This document shows, one piece after another, positions 24,321-36,644 of a stretch of 64,000 nucleotides of DNA (the first letter of the stretch is position 1; every line of letters starts with the position of its first letter). Source of the stretch: Macrostomum lignano (taxonomy: Eukaryota). The stretch spans positions 1-64,000 of the forward strand of contig NIVC01000393.1 of the NCBI GenBank assembly GCA_002269645.1. The letters are read 5' to 3'. The notes beneath the pieces are model-generated. The model worked only from the letters and a program-made list of their open reading frames with translations, had not been told where the DNA came from and made no database searches. A program made the position numbers and the translations under genes.

Positions 24321-24898
24321 TCCTAAACCTAAACCTGAACTAGCTGCAATAAACGCTTCTCTCTTTCTTGACTTGTATTGCATTGCAGAGCAGAGGCAGA
24401 GCCGATGACGGGAAGCTTTCTATGTTATCTTCTTTCTCTTCCTTTAGTAAAGCTTTATGTATATAAATATTGTAAAACAATAATATGATAAACTCAATGA
24501 CGCCCTGGTTAAATACGGAGCTGTTTGATACAAATACGCTCCATCTATCGTAGTAATTGGGCCGGCGAATTACAGTTTTGAGACTCCTGACTTATAATCG
24601 ACATAAAATTCCGTTGGTAATGAAGAGTTCGCTTTAGCACACTAGAGAGAGAGGGAAAGAGAGAGAGAGAAAGAGAAGAGAGAGAGAAATTAATCTAGTG
24701 TCTAAACGCACGAACTCCCACTTCCAGACCTCAAGCCTGGGAACAAAGTTCAGTGTTCACTTACTGATGCGGGCTCCTCTTCTTTGTCGGGCAGGTTCTC
24801 CGAGCTCGTCTCTTCAAATATTCTTCCTCCGGAGTAGTCTTCTTGAATTATAGAATCGGCCGAATATGAAAGCTTAATAACTTAGTCCGTCGACGTCA

Positions 24899-25095
24899 GT
24901 ATATTCCTCGAGTGCAGAAATCGATATATTCCTCGAGTGCAGAAATCAATATATTCCTCGAGTGCAGAGATCAATATATTCCTCGAGTGCAGAGATCAAT
25001 ATATTCCTCGAGTGCAGAGATCAATATATTCCTCGAGTGCAGAGATCAATATATTCCTCGAGTGCAGAGATCAATATATTCCTCGAGTGCAGAGA
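24899..25095. repeat. 25-bp minisatellite ATATTCCTCGAGTGCAGAGATCAAT, about 8 copies
   Basis: Units start at 24901, 24926, 24951 and onward. Confidence 0.95.
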
Positions 25096-27218
25096 TGCGC
25101 CCTAATAACAAAGTCAACTCTATAACAATAACGAGGTCCTCCGAAAGGGCGTCTTCTTCTAGAAATAACTGAATCGGAGTCGTTTGCTCCTATCGGTTAC
25201 TCTAGGGTACCAAAATCAATCAGTCAGTAATCAACTAAGAGTATCGGAATCGGTCCGCAGATCCTATCCAATCCCTTAGGAATAGGGAGGCCTCAAATTC
25301 AATAACTCAATAAATCGACTGATCAGTAACGGCCGGCAATGACACAGCTCTCAATAATCGAACAACAAAGACTTCAAATAACAAAGACTCGAACAAAGGC
25401 TTACCAATTGGTGTTTGTCTCTCTCAGAGATATAGCCTTGCTTAGTAACTCTGGCTAAGCCTAAGATCTCTTAAGGCTGCTCCGAGTCTGAGGTTTCAGC
25501 TCGGATTTTTGCTTGTATTTATACACGATTTCATTCGACCTTGAGCTTCAAACTGGTTTTATTGATAAGAATCAAAAGATGGACTTTGCCTCTTGACCGG
25601 TGGGGTTTTACATAGGAAAGGGGTGAAGCCTAGATCGCATTTAACTTGACCTTTACCATATTTGGAAATTTAGGTTGAAAACCGGTTTTTTGGACTATGT
25701 AACAATCACTCGCTGTTTACGTGATATTGCATGCATTACTGAAAATAGAGTATGACGCATGTTAGTTTTAAATAGTATTCTTGTTTTTATCTTGCTACTT
25801 TTAGTAGGCTACTATGCTTGGAGATCTCTACAGTAATTAGCTCGTACTACCAAAAAAATTTGGAATATGCTATGAAATAGATTCCAGAGTTTAAAAATTG
25901 AAGAGAATTCTGTCTTGTGCTTGCTCAGTTGTCTGTGTCCTGTGTGTTCTATAAGCTCTCGTTCCCCTATATAATCTCTTTTGACCCCCCTATAATCTCT
26001 CTTGTCCCTCTATGATCTCTCTTGCCCCTTTATGCTCTTTCCAACCCTTCCATGATCTCTCTTTCCCTTTTATGATCCATCTCGCCCCTCGCCAGGGGTG
26101 TCAGAACCGGGGGGGGGGCATGGGGGGCTCCCCACTTTTAGCATGATCGTGCAAGTGCCATTTTGAATTTCAACCAAGTGTCGGTCGGTTTTTGGCATTG
26201 GCTTTTCTGAGTCTTGGAAGCTAAGGGTACTTTAGCAAATAATAGTTCATGTTGTTCTTAATCCAATTCCATTACAGTTTTTATCTAATGTGCCTAAATG
26301 TGCCTGAGCCTAGTACTTTTATTGCAGGGGTCAGAAAACTTTTTACCTTAAGGGCCAGACTGAGAACAGCGCATGACTGCCCTTCTGAGTCCGCTTCGCT
26401 GAGCCCCCAAAGCGAAACGCGTGCCCAGGAGTCCCTGATGACTGCGGGCTTATAGGGCGCCCAATAAGCAAGGAGCAAAAATAGTTCATGGAAAACAATT
26501 AAAAAAGCACATTTTCTTAAACACCAATTCCTTCTTCACTTTTAAAATCACCTTATTCATGTGAAATTGTCACAAACAATGATATTTGCTATAAATATTT
26601 TTCTTTCGGAAATTAACAGACAACAAAATACAGCTTTCACAAAAATAACAGACATTCCCCCTAAATAGAAAATATTCCCAAGACAGCAAGCATCTCTTCA
26701 GATAGCAAGCTACCCCCTCCAAAAGGAAGCAACAGCAGATAGCAAGCACCCCCTAATACACGTAGCAAGCATCCACCCAGATAGCAAACATCTGCAGATA
26801 GCAAGCATCCTGCAGATAGCAAGCAGGCAAACTTTTGCCTCTCTATGATCTCTTTTGCCTCTATGATCTCTTTTGCCATATATCTCTCCCCGCTGCCTCT
26901 GTATCGTTTCTGACTACATTAGAGAAAAATACTTCACAATGAAATGTATTAGCTGCAAAAATGTAGTTTTCAAAACTACAGACGCCGCAGTGACATGGGC
27001 GCTCTCAGTTCTATAACAAAAGTAGCCATGCTCACTAATGCAGACGGAACATTTGAGGGAATTGTCGAAGCAATTCAGGTTGTTTTAAGTCGGGTGGTCA
27101 TGCGAACGCACCGCTCTAATTCTGCCCTGGATGAAATGGACTGAATACTGCCGTTCAGACTTGCTAATAGACGGCTCTCAGTGTCTACTTCCAATTAATA
27201 CCTACCATCTCCTATTAT

Positions 27219-28011
27219 CGGGGTTGGCAAACTTTGTGAGCCACATGCGGCCCTGGAAGCCTATCTATCCGGCCCTCGGGGTTCTTCCAAACCTCACAAT
27301 AGCAATCCGGCCCGCTCAAGATTTGTGTCTCAGTTCAGCTCTTTATCTTCTCTCTCTTCTCTCCTCTCTCTTCTTTTCTGCCCTCTCTTCTCTCTCTTCT
27401 GTCTTCTGTCTTCTCTCTCCTCTCTCCTCTCTCCCCTCTCCTCTTTCCTCTCTCCTCTCTCCCCTCTCCTCTCTCCCCTCTCCTCTCCCCCTCTCCTCTC
27501 TCCTCTTTTCCTTCTCGCTCTTTTATTTTGTCTCTAATCAATCTCACGCCTCTCCTCTCTTCTCTCATCTCTCATTTTCTATTCCCTCTCGTTTCCACTC
27601 TTATCTGGCCCCTAGACATGAGCTGAATTGTCTATCTGGCCCCTAGACATGAGCTGAATTGTCTATCTGGCCCCTAGACATGAGCTGAATTGTCTATCTG
27701 GCCCCTAGACATGAGCTGAATTGTCTATCTGGCCCCTAGACATGAGCTGAATTGTCTATCTGGCCCCTAGACATGAGCTGAATTGTCTATCTGGCCCCTA
27801 GACATGAGCTGAATTGTCTATCTGGCCCCTAGACATGAGCTGAATTGTCTATCTGGCCCCTAGACATGAGCTGAATTGTCTATCTGGCCCCTAGACATGA
27901 GCTGAATTGTCTATCTGGCCCCTAGACATGAGCTGAATTGTCTATCTGGCCCCTAGACATGAGCTGAATTGTCTATCTGGCCCTTGAGGTAAAAAAATTT
28001 GCCGACCTCTG
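27219..28011. mobile_element. hAT-type MITE containing a CT-rich tract and a 31-bp array
   Basis: Left CGGGGTTGGCAAAC, right TTTGCCGACCTCTG, internal GGCCC motifs. TSD is degenerate. Confidence 0.7.
27603..27983. repeat. 31-bp minisatellite ATCTGGCCCCTAGACATGAGCTGAATTGTCT, 12 perfect copies plus a partial
   Basis: Exact 31-bp period from 27603 to 27975. Confidence 0.97.
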
Positions 28012-28170
28012 CCCTATACTAACAACAGCACTCTCAATGTCAACTTCTCAATGTCAATGTCTCTGTGCGCGGCGGATCACAATTTGAAAATCTTTCATTT
28101 CTGAAATCAGCGCACAAAAATTGACAAGACAGTGTTCAGGAATCTCATTAGTTTGGCATTTAATTTTACA

Positions 28171-28475
28171 CAGGGGTTGGCAAACTCCGCGAAGCTTCTG
28201 CATGTGGCCCTCGGGTTCATTTGAAACTTCACAATAGCAATCCAGCCTGCTCAGGATTCAGGTCTCTTTTCGGGTCTCTTTTCAGGTCTCTTTTCAGGTC
28301 TCTTTTCAGGTCTCTTTTCGGGTCTCTTTTCAGGTCTCTTTTCAGGTCTCTTTTCAGGTCTCTTTTCAGGTCTCTTTTTGGGTCTCTTTTCAGGTCTCTT
28401 TTCAGGTCTCTTTTCAGGTCTCTTTTCGGGTCTCTTTTCAGGTCTCTTTTCAGGTCTCTTTTCAGGTCTCTTTTC
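28171..28475 (+). mobile_element. Second hAT-MITE left end followed by a 12-bp array (CAGGTCTCTTTT, 28259-28475)
   Basis: CAGGGGTTGGCAAAC at 28171; shares CCCTCGGG..AAAC.TCACAATAGCAATCC with the 27219 copy. Confidence 0.7.
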
Positions 28476-29945
28476 GCTCCTCTCGCTTCTCATCGTTCCT
28501 CTCTCCCCTCTCCTCTCCCCTCTCCTTTCTCCTCTCTTTTCTCTCCTCTCCCCTTCCCCTCTTCTCTCCTCTTATCTTGTATCTTTTCTCCCATCCCATT
28601 TCTCGCCTTTCCTCTTCTCTCATCTCTTATCTTCAATCCCCTTTGCTTTCCACTTTCATCTCTGGCCGGCAGTCATGCAGTAGATACGGTACTTTAATCT
28701 GTTTTTACCCCTGTTCCACACGATGTGCATTAGATATATTAGCCTAACATTGAATAGCAGAGCACCAAAGCGTTTCCCCCAGGCCTCTACCCAAGACCCG
28801 CCCTATGACAAATTGAATAGATACGAAACAGCTCGTCCCTGTTCTCGTTCGCTGACCAACCCTCTATTTCTAAACCGTTAACGAATTCTGACTCTGTCTC
28901 CATTTTCAATGTACATGTACATTCTGGCTGGTCGTGCAGATTTTTCCACAACACGGATCCCATTTATTGAGCCTACTTCAGCCAATACCCTCTGCTCCAC
29001 AGAGACTTTATAACGATTACGTCATCCATTCCTCCCAATAGAATTATTTTAGCAAGAAACTAGCTTTTCCAATGCACATATGAATACCAAAGCCAACCTC
29101 CACCTGCTATTTAAACAGCCAATGAATCAGCGTCTCGCCAAAATGAATTTTCTCACCAAAATGGAGAATAAATTAAGTAATAATTTTTTAAATGTACAAA
29201 ATATTGTTAGTTGCCACTCGTCACTGTCTGGAGTTAAAATGCATGTATGCTTATATATATACGTGTATAATTATCAGTTTGACTTTTAAGCTATTGAGAT
29301 TTGCAAAGGCAAAATCTAGCTGCCCCCCAGCTCTTAGTGAACTCAGTGAATCTGACTGGCTTGATTAGCGGAACGCGGTAGAAATATGGCTTTGCCATTT
29401 TAGGCATTTTTCGATGGCCAATATTTTTCAGCCATAATAATCCAAGTGAGTCGCAGTGTAATTTATTCTATTCATTAAATATCACAAATTGCAATAAAAA
29501 GTGCCTACTGACTAATGAGTATCAAAATTTACTAAATGTTAACAATTTACAGGTAATATTGGACGATGAATAAGCTGTCTGTGATTCTCAATCTCGTGCA
29601 GCCAAGAGTTTAAACTCAATCTGACGTTCGACAGGTGCGCCGTTCCTACCAATCTATATAGTAAGTTGAGCAAGAGTTCGATTTGAGATGTTTTCAAACG
29701 ACGCCACTGCGCCACAGCATGCGCCACTGGGTTCAGCTTCCGACACAGACGGCTTCTACTCTGAGCAGAGAGCCGATCTTGAGGAGAACCACGTCCACGA
29801 TTCCGCTTTTTTGCTGCCGGACACAGTTTTACCTAGCACTAAAAATCAGCCGTTGCCACTACCGAGTAACAAATATCCGGCTCCATAGACCGAGATTCGG
29901 AAGGCTGCTTCTGCGAGTCCTGTGGCGTCGGTGAATCATCCAGAT

Positions 29946-30387
29946 CCAGCGACACTAGCAGCTGCTTCCACGGCGCCTGTGAATGCTCCAGCGACACTAG
30001 CAGCTGCTTCCACGGCGCCTGTGAATGCTCCAGCGACACTAGCAGCTGCTTCCACGGCGCCTGTGAATGCTCCAGCGACACTAGCAGCTGCTTCCACGGC
30101 GCCTGTGAATGCTCCAGCGACACTAGCAGCTGCTTCCACGGCGCCTGTGAATGCTCCAGCGACACTAGCAGCTGCTTCCACGGCGCCTGTGAATGCTCCA
30201 GCGACACTAGCAGCTGCTTCCACGGCGCCTGTGAATGCTCCAGCGACACTAGCAGCTGCTTCCACGGCGCCTGTGAATGCTCCAGCGACACTAGCAGCTG
30301 CTTCCACGGCGCCCGTGAATGCTCCAGCGACACTAGCAGCTGCTTCCACGGCGCCTGTGAATGCTCCAGCGATACTAGCAGCTGCTT
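29946..30387. repeat. 42-bp minisatellite, about 10.5 copies
   Basis: CCAGCGACACTAGCAGCTGCTTCCACGGCGCCTGTGAATGCT. Confidence 0.97.
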
Positions 30388-31254
30388 TGTTTTTATTTTC
30401 GTACTGCACTTCGGTTTGCATTACTGCAAGTAGCTGAGCAGGGACTACTAAGACAACAAAGTAACACAGCATCTCTCTAATGCAAATAATTGCCAGCCAG
30501 CCTCGTAAAAAATTTTAGTTTCCCGTCCCGGTGTTTGAGTAGTCCCTGTAGCTGAGTTAGTTTAGGAAACTTATAGAGCATGCAGATCTTATAAATTCAA
30601 ATTTTCCAATTTCCTTTCACACAGAGGAATCTTCTTCGCCTCTGCCGACGCACTCGATGGCAGGACACTCTCCGGTCCATGCTAGACTGCTGCCTTTCAC
30701 CGGAGATGTAGGCGGTGGTAAATTATAACAGCAATGACCTGCAGCGTAGGGCCCTCGAGAGCGGTGTTGAAATGCCGCCGACTGATAAGACGCTAGCCTT
30801 CCAGAATACGCTGCTCGAGCAAATTCAAGGTAAAAAAGTGTAGCCACTGATAAACACTGCCATCAAAAATTTTAATAAAGATTACTTTTAGGAATTTATA
30901 TAGCTGCGTTTTAAACATTACATGTTAGTTAAGTATTAATAGTAAGTGGTAAAATGGCTACTAGACATAAGACCAAATCTCGACACCATAGAATTTAACA
31001 GATAATGGTCTCTAGCAATCCAGATATAGAGCAAGATGTGCAACGTCGCTAAATCTTAATAATCTTGCTAAATTTCAATCTCCAGTGGCCTTCACTCGCA
31101 TGTACGGCACCAGTTATGAGGATGGCCAGCCAGCTGATGCCTCGATGGACGCGGTGAGACGCACAGTCCAACAGCAGCTGAAGCACGGCGCTGACCGACT
31201 TGGAGGGCGCTCACATAGGAGAAAGAGTGCTGCTGTCTGTGATGCTGGCTCCTA

Positions 31255-31450
31255 ACATTTAATCCTTTTAGCATCAAACAATTTCTTTGCCAAGACACAT
31301 GTACCGTCGCAAGAAAATTTCTGATCGAATGGTGCAAGTTTGAAGAAAATCGGTTGAGCCATTTTTTTCTAAAATCAATCGCCTACCTACCGATGAACCA
31401 TTTTTAGTATACTTAAAAACCTTAGAGATTTAATTAGTATATTTGGATGA
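31255..31450 (-). mobile_element. 5' segment of a non-autonomous Helitron-like family, related to 63502 and 21311
   Basis: The reverse complement has TATACTAAAAATGG..AGAAAAAAATGGCTCAACCGATTTTCTTCAAACTTGCACCATTCGATCAGAAATTTTC, matching 63506-63640, and AAATCTCTAAGGTTT, matching 21270 and 21321. Confidence 0.65.
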
Positions 31451-34254
31451 AGATTAGACATTTAGTATAGTAGGATTTTGTTATTGCTACTTATAGATTG
31501 AATTGGTGTACTTGATGCGACAGCATGTAGCTATACAAAATAAAAAATAATCTACAGGTTAATTAAGTACACCTAAGAAAGGTCGAACGTTACAATTTCA
31601 ACAAGTACAGTTCGCTCATGAAATTATTTGACACTATATATTGATTTAGTATTTCTAGCTTAATGTATAGTAGGTAACTATTGAATCTCTACTTCGATTA
31701 TATTCTACTCCGGGATCCCGGGATTGAGAAATAGTCAAGACCTGTTCCATTGCTTTTGCTTTCTCTGCCCATGAAGTTGTAGGTTTTTCTTTAATTTGGT
31801 TATTGACTAAGAGCAAGGCGGTGGTTCATTTGGTAGTTTACCAACGGAAATCAGATCGAAGAGAAAACAAGGGAAGAGTGATTCGTGTCACTGCCGTCGC
31901 CGTATATTTATAGATTTGTAACTGTCTTCCGGAAATTTCTAGAAAGATTGAGCGCATCTTAACAAAGCGATTAAACATGTAATTATATACGTTAAGCAAA
32001 GAGGAGTATAATATTAACAGTTAAGTAATAATTAATTATTTTACTATTTATATGCGTATGTTATAGATAAGATGCTATCTTGAAGAAGTTTCTGGAGATA
32101 TAAATGTTTTTGACTTTTAAGAAATCTAACGAAATTTCGAGAAAGTTATTAAAGTACGCTACAAAGTCTTCCGGAGAATTTTCTAGATGGGTGATTCCCG
32201 TTAGGTCTGCTTTTTTGTCCGTGTTGAAGCCTGGCTGCTATGCTATGAGCAGGACAGGAGGAAGTGTCTTTTTCACATTTTCTCTGCCTCTAAAAATTCC
32301 TGCTATTTGCATGTGCTTATTGGACTCCTGAGCATCTTTGTAACACTCCCAGTGAACTCTTTCCAAACCAACATGATCTCTGTTGTGAGCTGCCTGTCAA
32401 ATACCCATTGCTTACTAGTAGGCCTCGACGAACTTCTCCTCAAAGCGCTTGTGCTCATCCGCAGATCAAGTTGGTTGCTTTTTCGGCGCGTTAATTTACT
32501 CACTGATTGTAAATTATTGTGTAGCTCATAGCTACAACACTTCAATGTTTTTTTATTCTCTTTTCCTGTATCCAATAGAAAAACAATATTTTATTAGTGC
32601 ATCTTTGCTTTTTCATGTAATGGATCTGTACATGTACCTCCCAGTTTATAGCTCGTAGAAGCAAAAATCCCAATTGGCACAAAATTTTAACTAAAAGCAA
32701 GACGCAAAATATTTCCAATGTCAGAAGGTTGATGAAGGAGAATATCTGTTATTATCAGAAGCTCTTATTAAAGCATCCCTATAAATGTACCCTATGGCAC
32801 TATAATTTTCTGCATTAAAATGAAAGCTCGAATCGTGCATTAAATCTGCAACAATGTTCTCTTGCACAACTGGATTTCACGAGTTCTGTTCGCTTGCAAT
32901 TAAAATAGCATAGGGTATAATGCTGTAACATAAAATAACAAATATGTTTGCTGTGACTGAGTGACAAACAAAAATCCATAGAACCAGAAATTCAGTCTTG
33001 TCAAAAAACCGAGCTTCTGCATAGTGAGTGCATTACTGATACTAAACAATAAGCCACTGTAAAAATTACACCTGGACATGATGAAATCAGATATAATCAT
33101 TCACAAAATCTTATTTGAAACATGTTGCAGCTTATAAATAGCTCATAAAGGAATTGGGAATTTCAATTTGGTAAGCTGGAAGCCTGGGGCCGCATGCATT
33201 GCCCTTCGAGTCCAGATGTTGGCGCGTCCAATGCTGTGCGGCCTCACAGTCTGCAAAAATTAGCTCAGCTGTCTCTCATTGGACCGTTTGGCTGTGCGGG
33301 GAAATTCGTTAGGCCTCCTCCCTGTGTTGCACAAAAATTTCAATCCAATTTGAAGATCTGAACCATGAAACCCATTCTATTCTCTTCCTCGAAGATGTTA
33401 GATGTGCATGTATCATGGCTGATTATATGCTTGAAGGTCGTATTAATAACATCACATCTGCTCTTAATTTTCTTCTTTTTTAGCACCACTCTGAGAGTCC
33501 ACTCTGTGAGAGATGTGCTGTGAAAAACATCGAAGTTTTCGGATCACGAGGTAAGACAAGGTTCCATTCCATTTATTGTACACAACAATTCTTTCTTGGG
33601 CGATCGCATCTCACACCCAGGGAAAATGCCTTTTAAACTTGAGCAACTCTCCCAGAGGCCGTTCAGCTACGACGGCGCTCTCTGAGAAGAGGGACGGTGG
33701 AGACCAGCAACCGGATGCTCCTCGTCTTCAAAACCCAGTGAGTTGCCTCATCAGTGAAGCTGTGGAAGCTGCAGGGAGCTCCCATGTCAGGCACGATGGC
33801 AGACAAAGTCGACGACTCCACCGACACTTCATGCCCTTACGTCGCCACCTCCGCCGCTCGAAACAGTTCGGCAAGCTGCACACCCCTACCATTTCATCAG
33901 CACCTGCTGGTTTGGTCTAGGGATTTCAACCCCGGAGAGCCCTTCCCGGGGACCCCGTAAATTTTTGGGGCTTTTAGGCCGGGGGCAATCGGGGACCCCA
34001 GAAAAAGTTGAAGTAAAAGTTTTAGCTGTTTTGAGTTTTTAAATAAATTTCACTGCAATCTGTTGCTGAAACATATGAAAACACACTTAAACTTTGAGTA
34101 AGACTGCATGTTTTTACTACTTTTTGGGTGATTTTAGTTAAGCTGCTACGTTTCCGTGAAACCCTCATTATGCTGCATGCCTGCGAATCGTGATCCGAAT
34201 AGCAAAACACCTACGAGTATTCTGTCTGACAAAAGTTGTGCAGCAGGCAGGCAA

Positions 34255-34256
<2 letters not shown>

Positions 34257-34331
<75 letters not shown>

Positions 34332-34339
34332 GATAGACA

Positions 34340-34376
<37 letters not shown>

Positions 34377-34433
34377 CACAGACAGACACACAGACAGACA
34401 GACACACAGACAGACAGACAGACAAAGACAGAC
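34257..34433. repeat. (GACA)n microsatellite
   Basis: Direct reading. Confidence 0.95.
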
Positions 34434-35204
34434 AAGCGTTTAGGTAGGCAGGCAGGATGGCAGACAGTCAGTCTGTCACATTGCAATCTGGGTGGCATTT
34501 AGCAAGCAGTGTTGCACTCTGCATGATACACCGTTACTGTACGCGTACCAGCAGTTACACAATCAAAAGCACATTCAGAGCTTATACATGTACACCAGGG
34601 GTCGGATAGACTGTACTGTTAGATTGTACTGTTAGATTGGACCAGATAGATAATGATAATCTAGCGCTATGACTGCGGGCCAGGGGGTGTGAGTGAGGAG
34701 GGATGAAAGAGATAGGAGAAAGTAGGAATAAAGGAGAAGAGAGGTGAGATGAAATCGAAGATGGGAGAGGAGAGAAGGGAGAGGAGTGAAGGGAAAGGAG
34801 AGTAGAGGAGAGAACAGCAGAGGAGGAGATAAGAGAAGATTAGAAATTAGGGAGCTAAGAAAAGAGACAAATTTTAAGCGAACCCGAATTGCTATTGTGA
34901 AGCTTTGAAGGACTCGCGGCAGGGACTACTCAAACATCGGGACAGGAAACTAGGCAAATCATGGCGAAGTTTTTCGAGGCTGGTTTGTTAGCAGCTGACG
35001 AGGCTGGCTGGCTTAATTGTACTCGTATTGAGCGATACTTTGTTGTCTATGGTTATTTTCTATTATTTGAAGCTTGTGATACCGTTATTTCCACTGCAGT
35101 CTACGACTAGCAGGGATGCTTGCATTATATTATATATATAGCAGCTAAGTTTCTGGCAGACGCGTAGGACAAGCTCGATTTTTCTGCTTGTGTTGTTGGC
35201 ATCA

Positions 35205-35700
35205 ATGCCAAGAAAGTGCAGCGTTGTTGGCTGCAAGTCAAATTACGAGTTCGAACGATTAGCTACGAAAGTCCATCTGTTTCCGAAGGACTCGGTTGAG
35301 CGAGAGCGATGGAAAAAAGGCCCTGCCGAACATCCTAGAGGTAGGCGCTATTTACTATAAGGTAAATTGTGCTAATATATTATATGCAAATTTTTCCTTT
35401 ATTCGCAAGTGTTTTTTCCTTTCTTCCGCCTTTCAGTCCGTTACAGATCTCATGAGAATCTGCGCCACACACTGGCCACCGGACACAACAATGTTTTTAC
35501 ATTTTAGAACGCAATAGAGATGTGAAGACGAGAGGTGTTCTCTCTGACGCACGAGGTGGCTTAGCGGATGAATTAGAGGAGTTTCAGCTGAGCGACACCA
35601 TATCTTCGTGGAATGGTTTCTGTGACTCCGTACAGGACTCTGAAATAGCCAAACGCCCTCCTTAGTGGTTACATTTTTTTCAGCAGGATTTATATATGTT
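35205..35700 (+). pseudogene. THAP-domain (C2CH) N-terminus, likely a P-element-superfamily transposase remnant, with a 96-nt intron (35341-35436)
   Basis: MPRKCSVVGCKSNY..HLFPKD..RERWKK(fs)ALPNILE | SVTDLMRICATHWP. GT donor at 35341, tttcag acceptor at 35436, frameshift in A6 35313-35318. Confidence 0.8.
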
Positions 35701-36328
35701 TTCATTGGACTCCGATGGCGACATGCTTGTTCGATTATTTATTTCGCCAAATTTTGCTGTTCGCGCCTACATAATGCACACGCCAATTAGTGTTCGCGAC
35801 CTACTTGGATTTCAACCCACGCTGAAGTTTTGGTCGCAACTGGATGCAATTATCGTACGATGCAACAACTGAGTTTTCAGTTGAGAACGAGATTTCGTAT
35901 TTCATGAAAAGCAACATATTCGCCATTGACAGCGCAGCGCTAGAGATTTCGAATCCAACTATTAAATTCTTGCTTGAAGAGTTAAAGCTCATAGAGATCA
36001 TCGAAGGTGGCTCCATCATCCGTCACCGTTCAAGAGAGAAAGACAAAAAACTTAGAAGTACGTGACATTGCCGAGTATTACCGACTATTCAATGCTTAAA
36101 TCTGTTAAATATTTTTTCGCATCTGTTCATTTTCCCGTCTGTGTATATATATGTTCAAACTTCACATATTTTATTGCTCACATCCACTGTGTGAGTTAAC
36201 TTTTTATTATTCGTCTGTTCCATGTTCACTATTCACCATTGAAATAGCCCTCAATGTTACCTTATATGTTTTATGAACTATTTTTCCTATGAACTTTCAA
36301 GTAAATATACACAGTTCATAAAAGCTGT

Positions 36329-36644
36329 GATGGATAGAGAGGCTTCGCGGGATGGATAGAGAGGCTTCGCGGGATGGATAGAGAGGCTTCGCGGGATGGA
36401 TAGAGAGGCTTCGCGGGCCGGATAGAGAGGCTTCGCGGGATGGATAGAGAGGCTTCGCGGGATGGATAGAGAAAGGCTTCGCGGGATGGATAGAGAGGCT
36501 TCGCGGGATGGATAGAGAGGCTTCGCGGGCCGGATAGAGAGGCTTCGCGGGATGGATAGAGAGGCTTCGCGGGATGGATAGAGAGGCTTCGCGGGCCGGA
36601 TAGAGAGGCTTCGCGGGATGGATAGAGAGGCTTCGCGATGGATA
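36329..36644. repeat. 22-bp minisatellite GATGGATAGAGAGGCTTCGCGG, about 14 copies
   Basis: Direct reading. Confidence 0.95.

Noticed and set aside
24500-25700. Possible LTR plus primer-binding site on the minus strand near 25100
   Set aside because: The junction reads GTTATTA-GGGCGC rather than CA-TGG; no partner LTR or gag/pol motifs found.
27603-27983. 31-bp repeats as a CRISPR array
   Set aside because: No spacers; lies within a hAT MITE.
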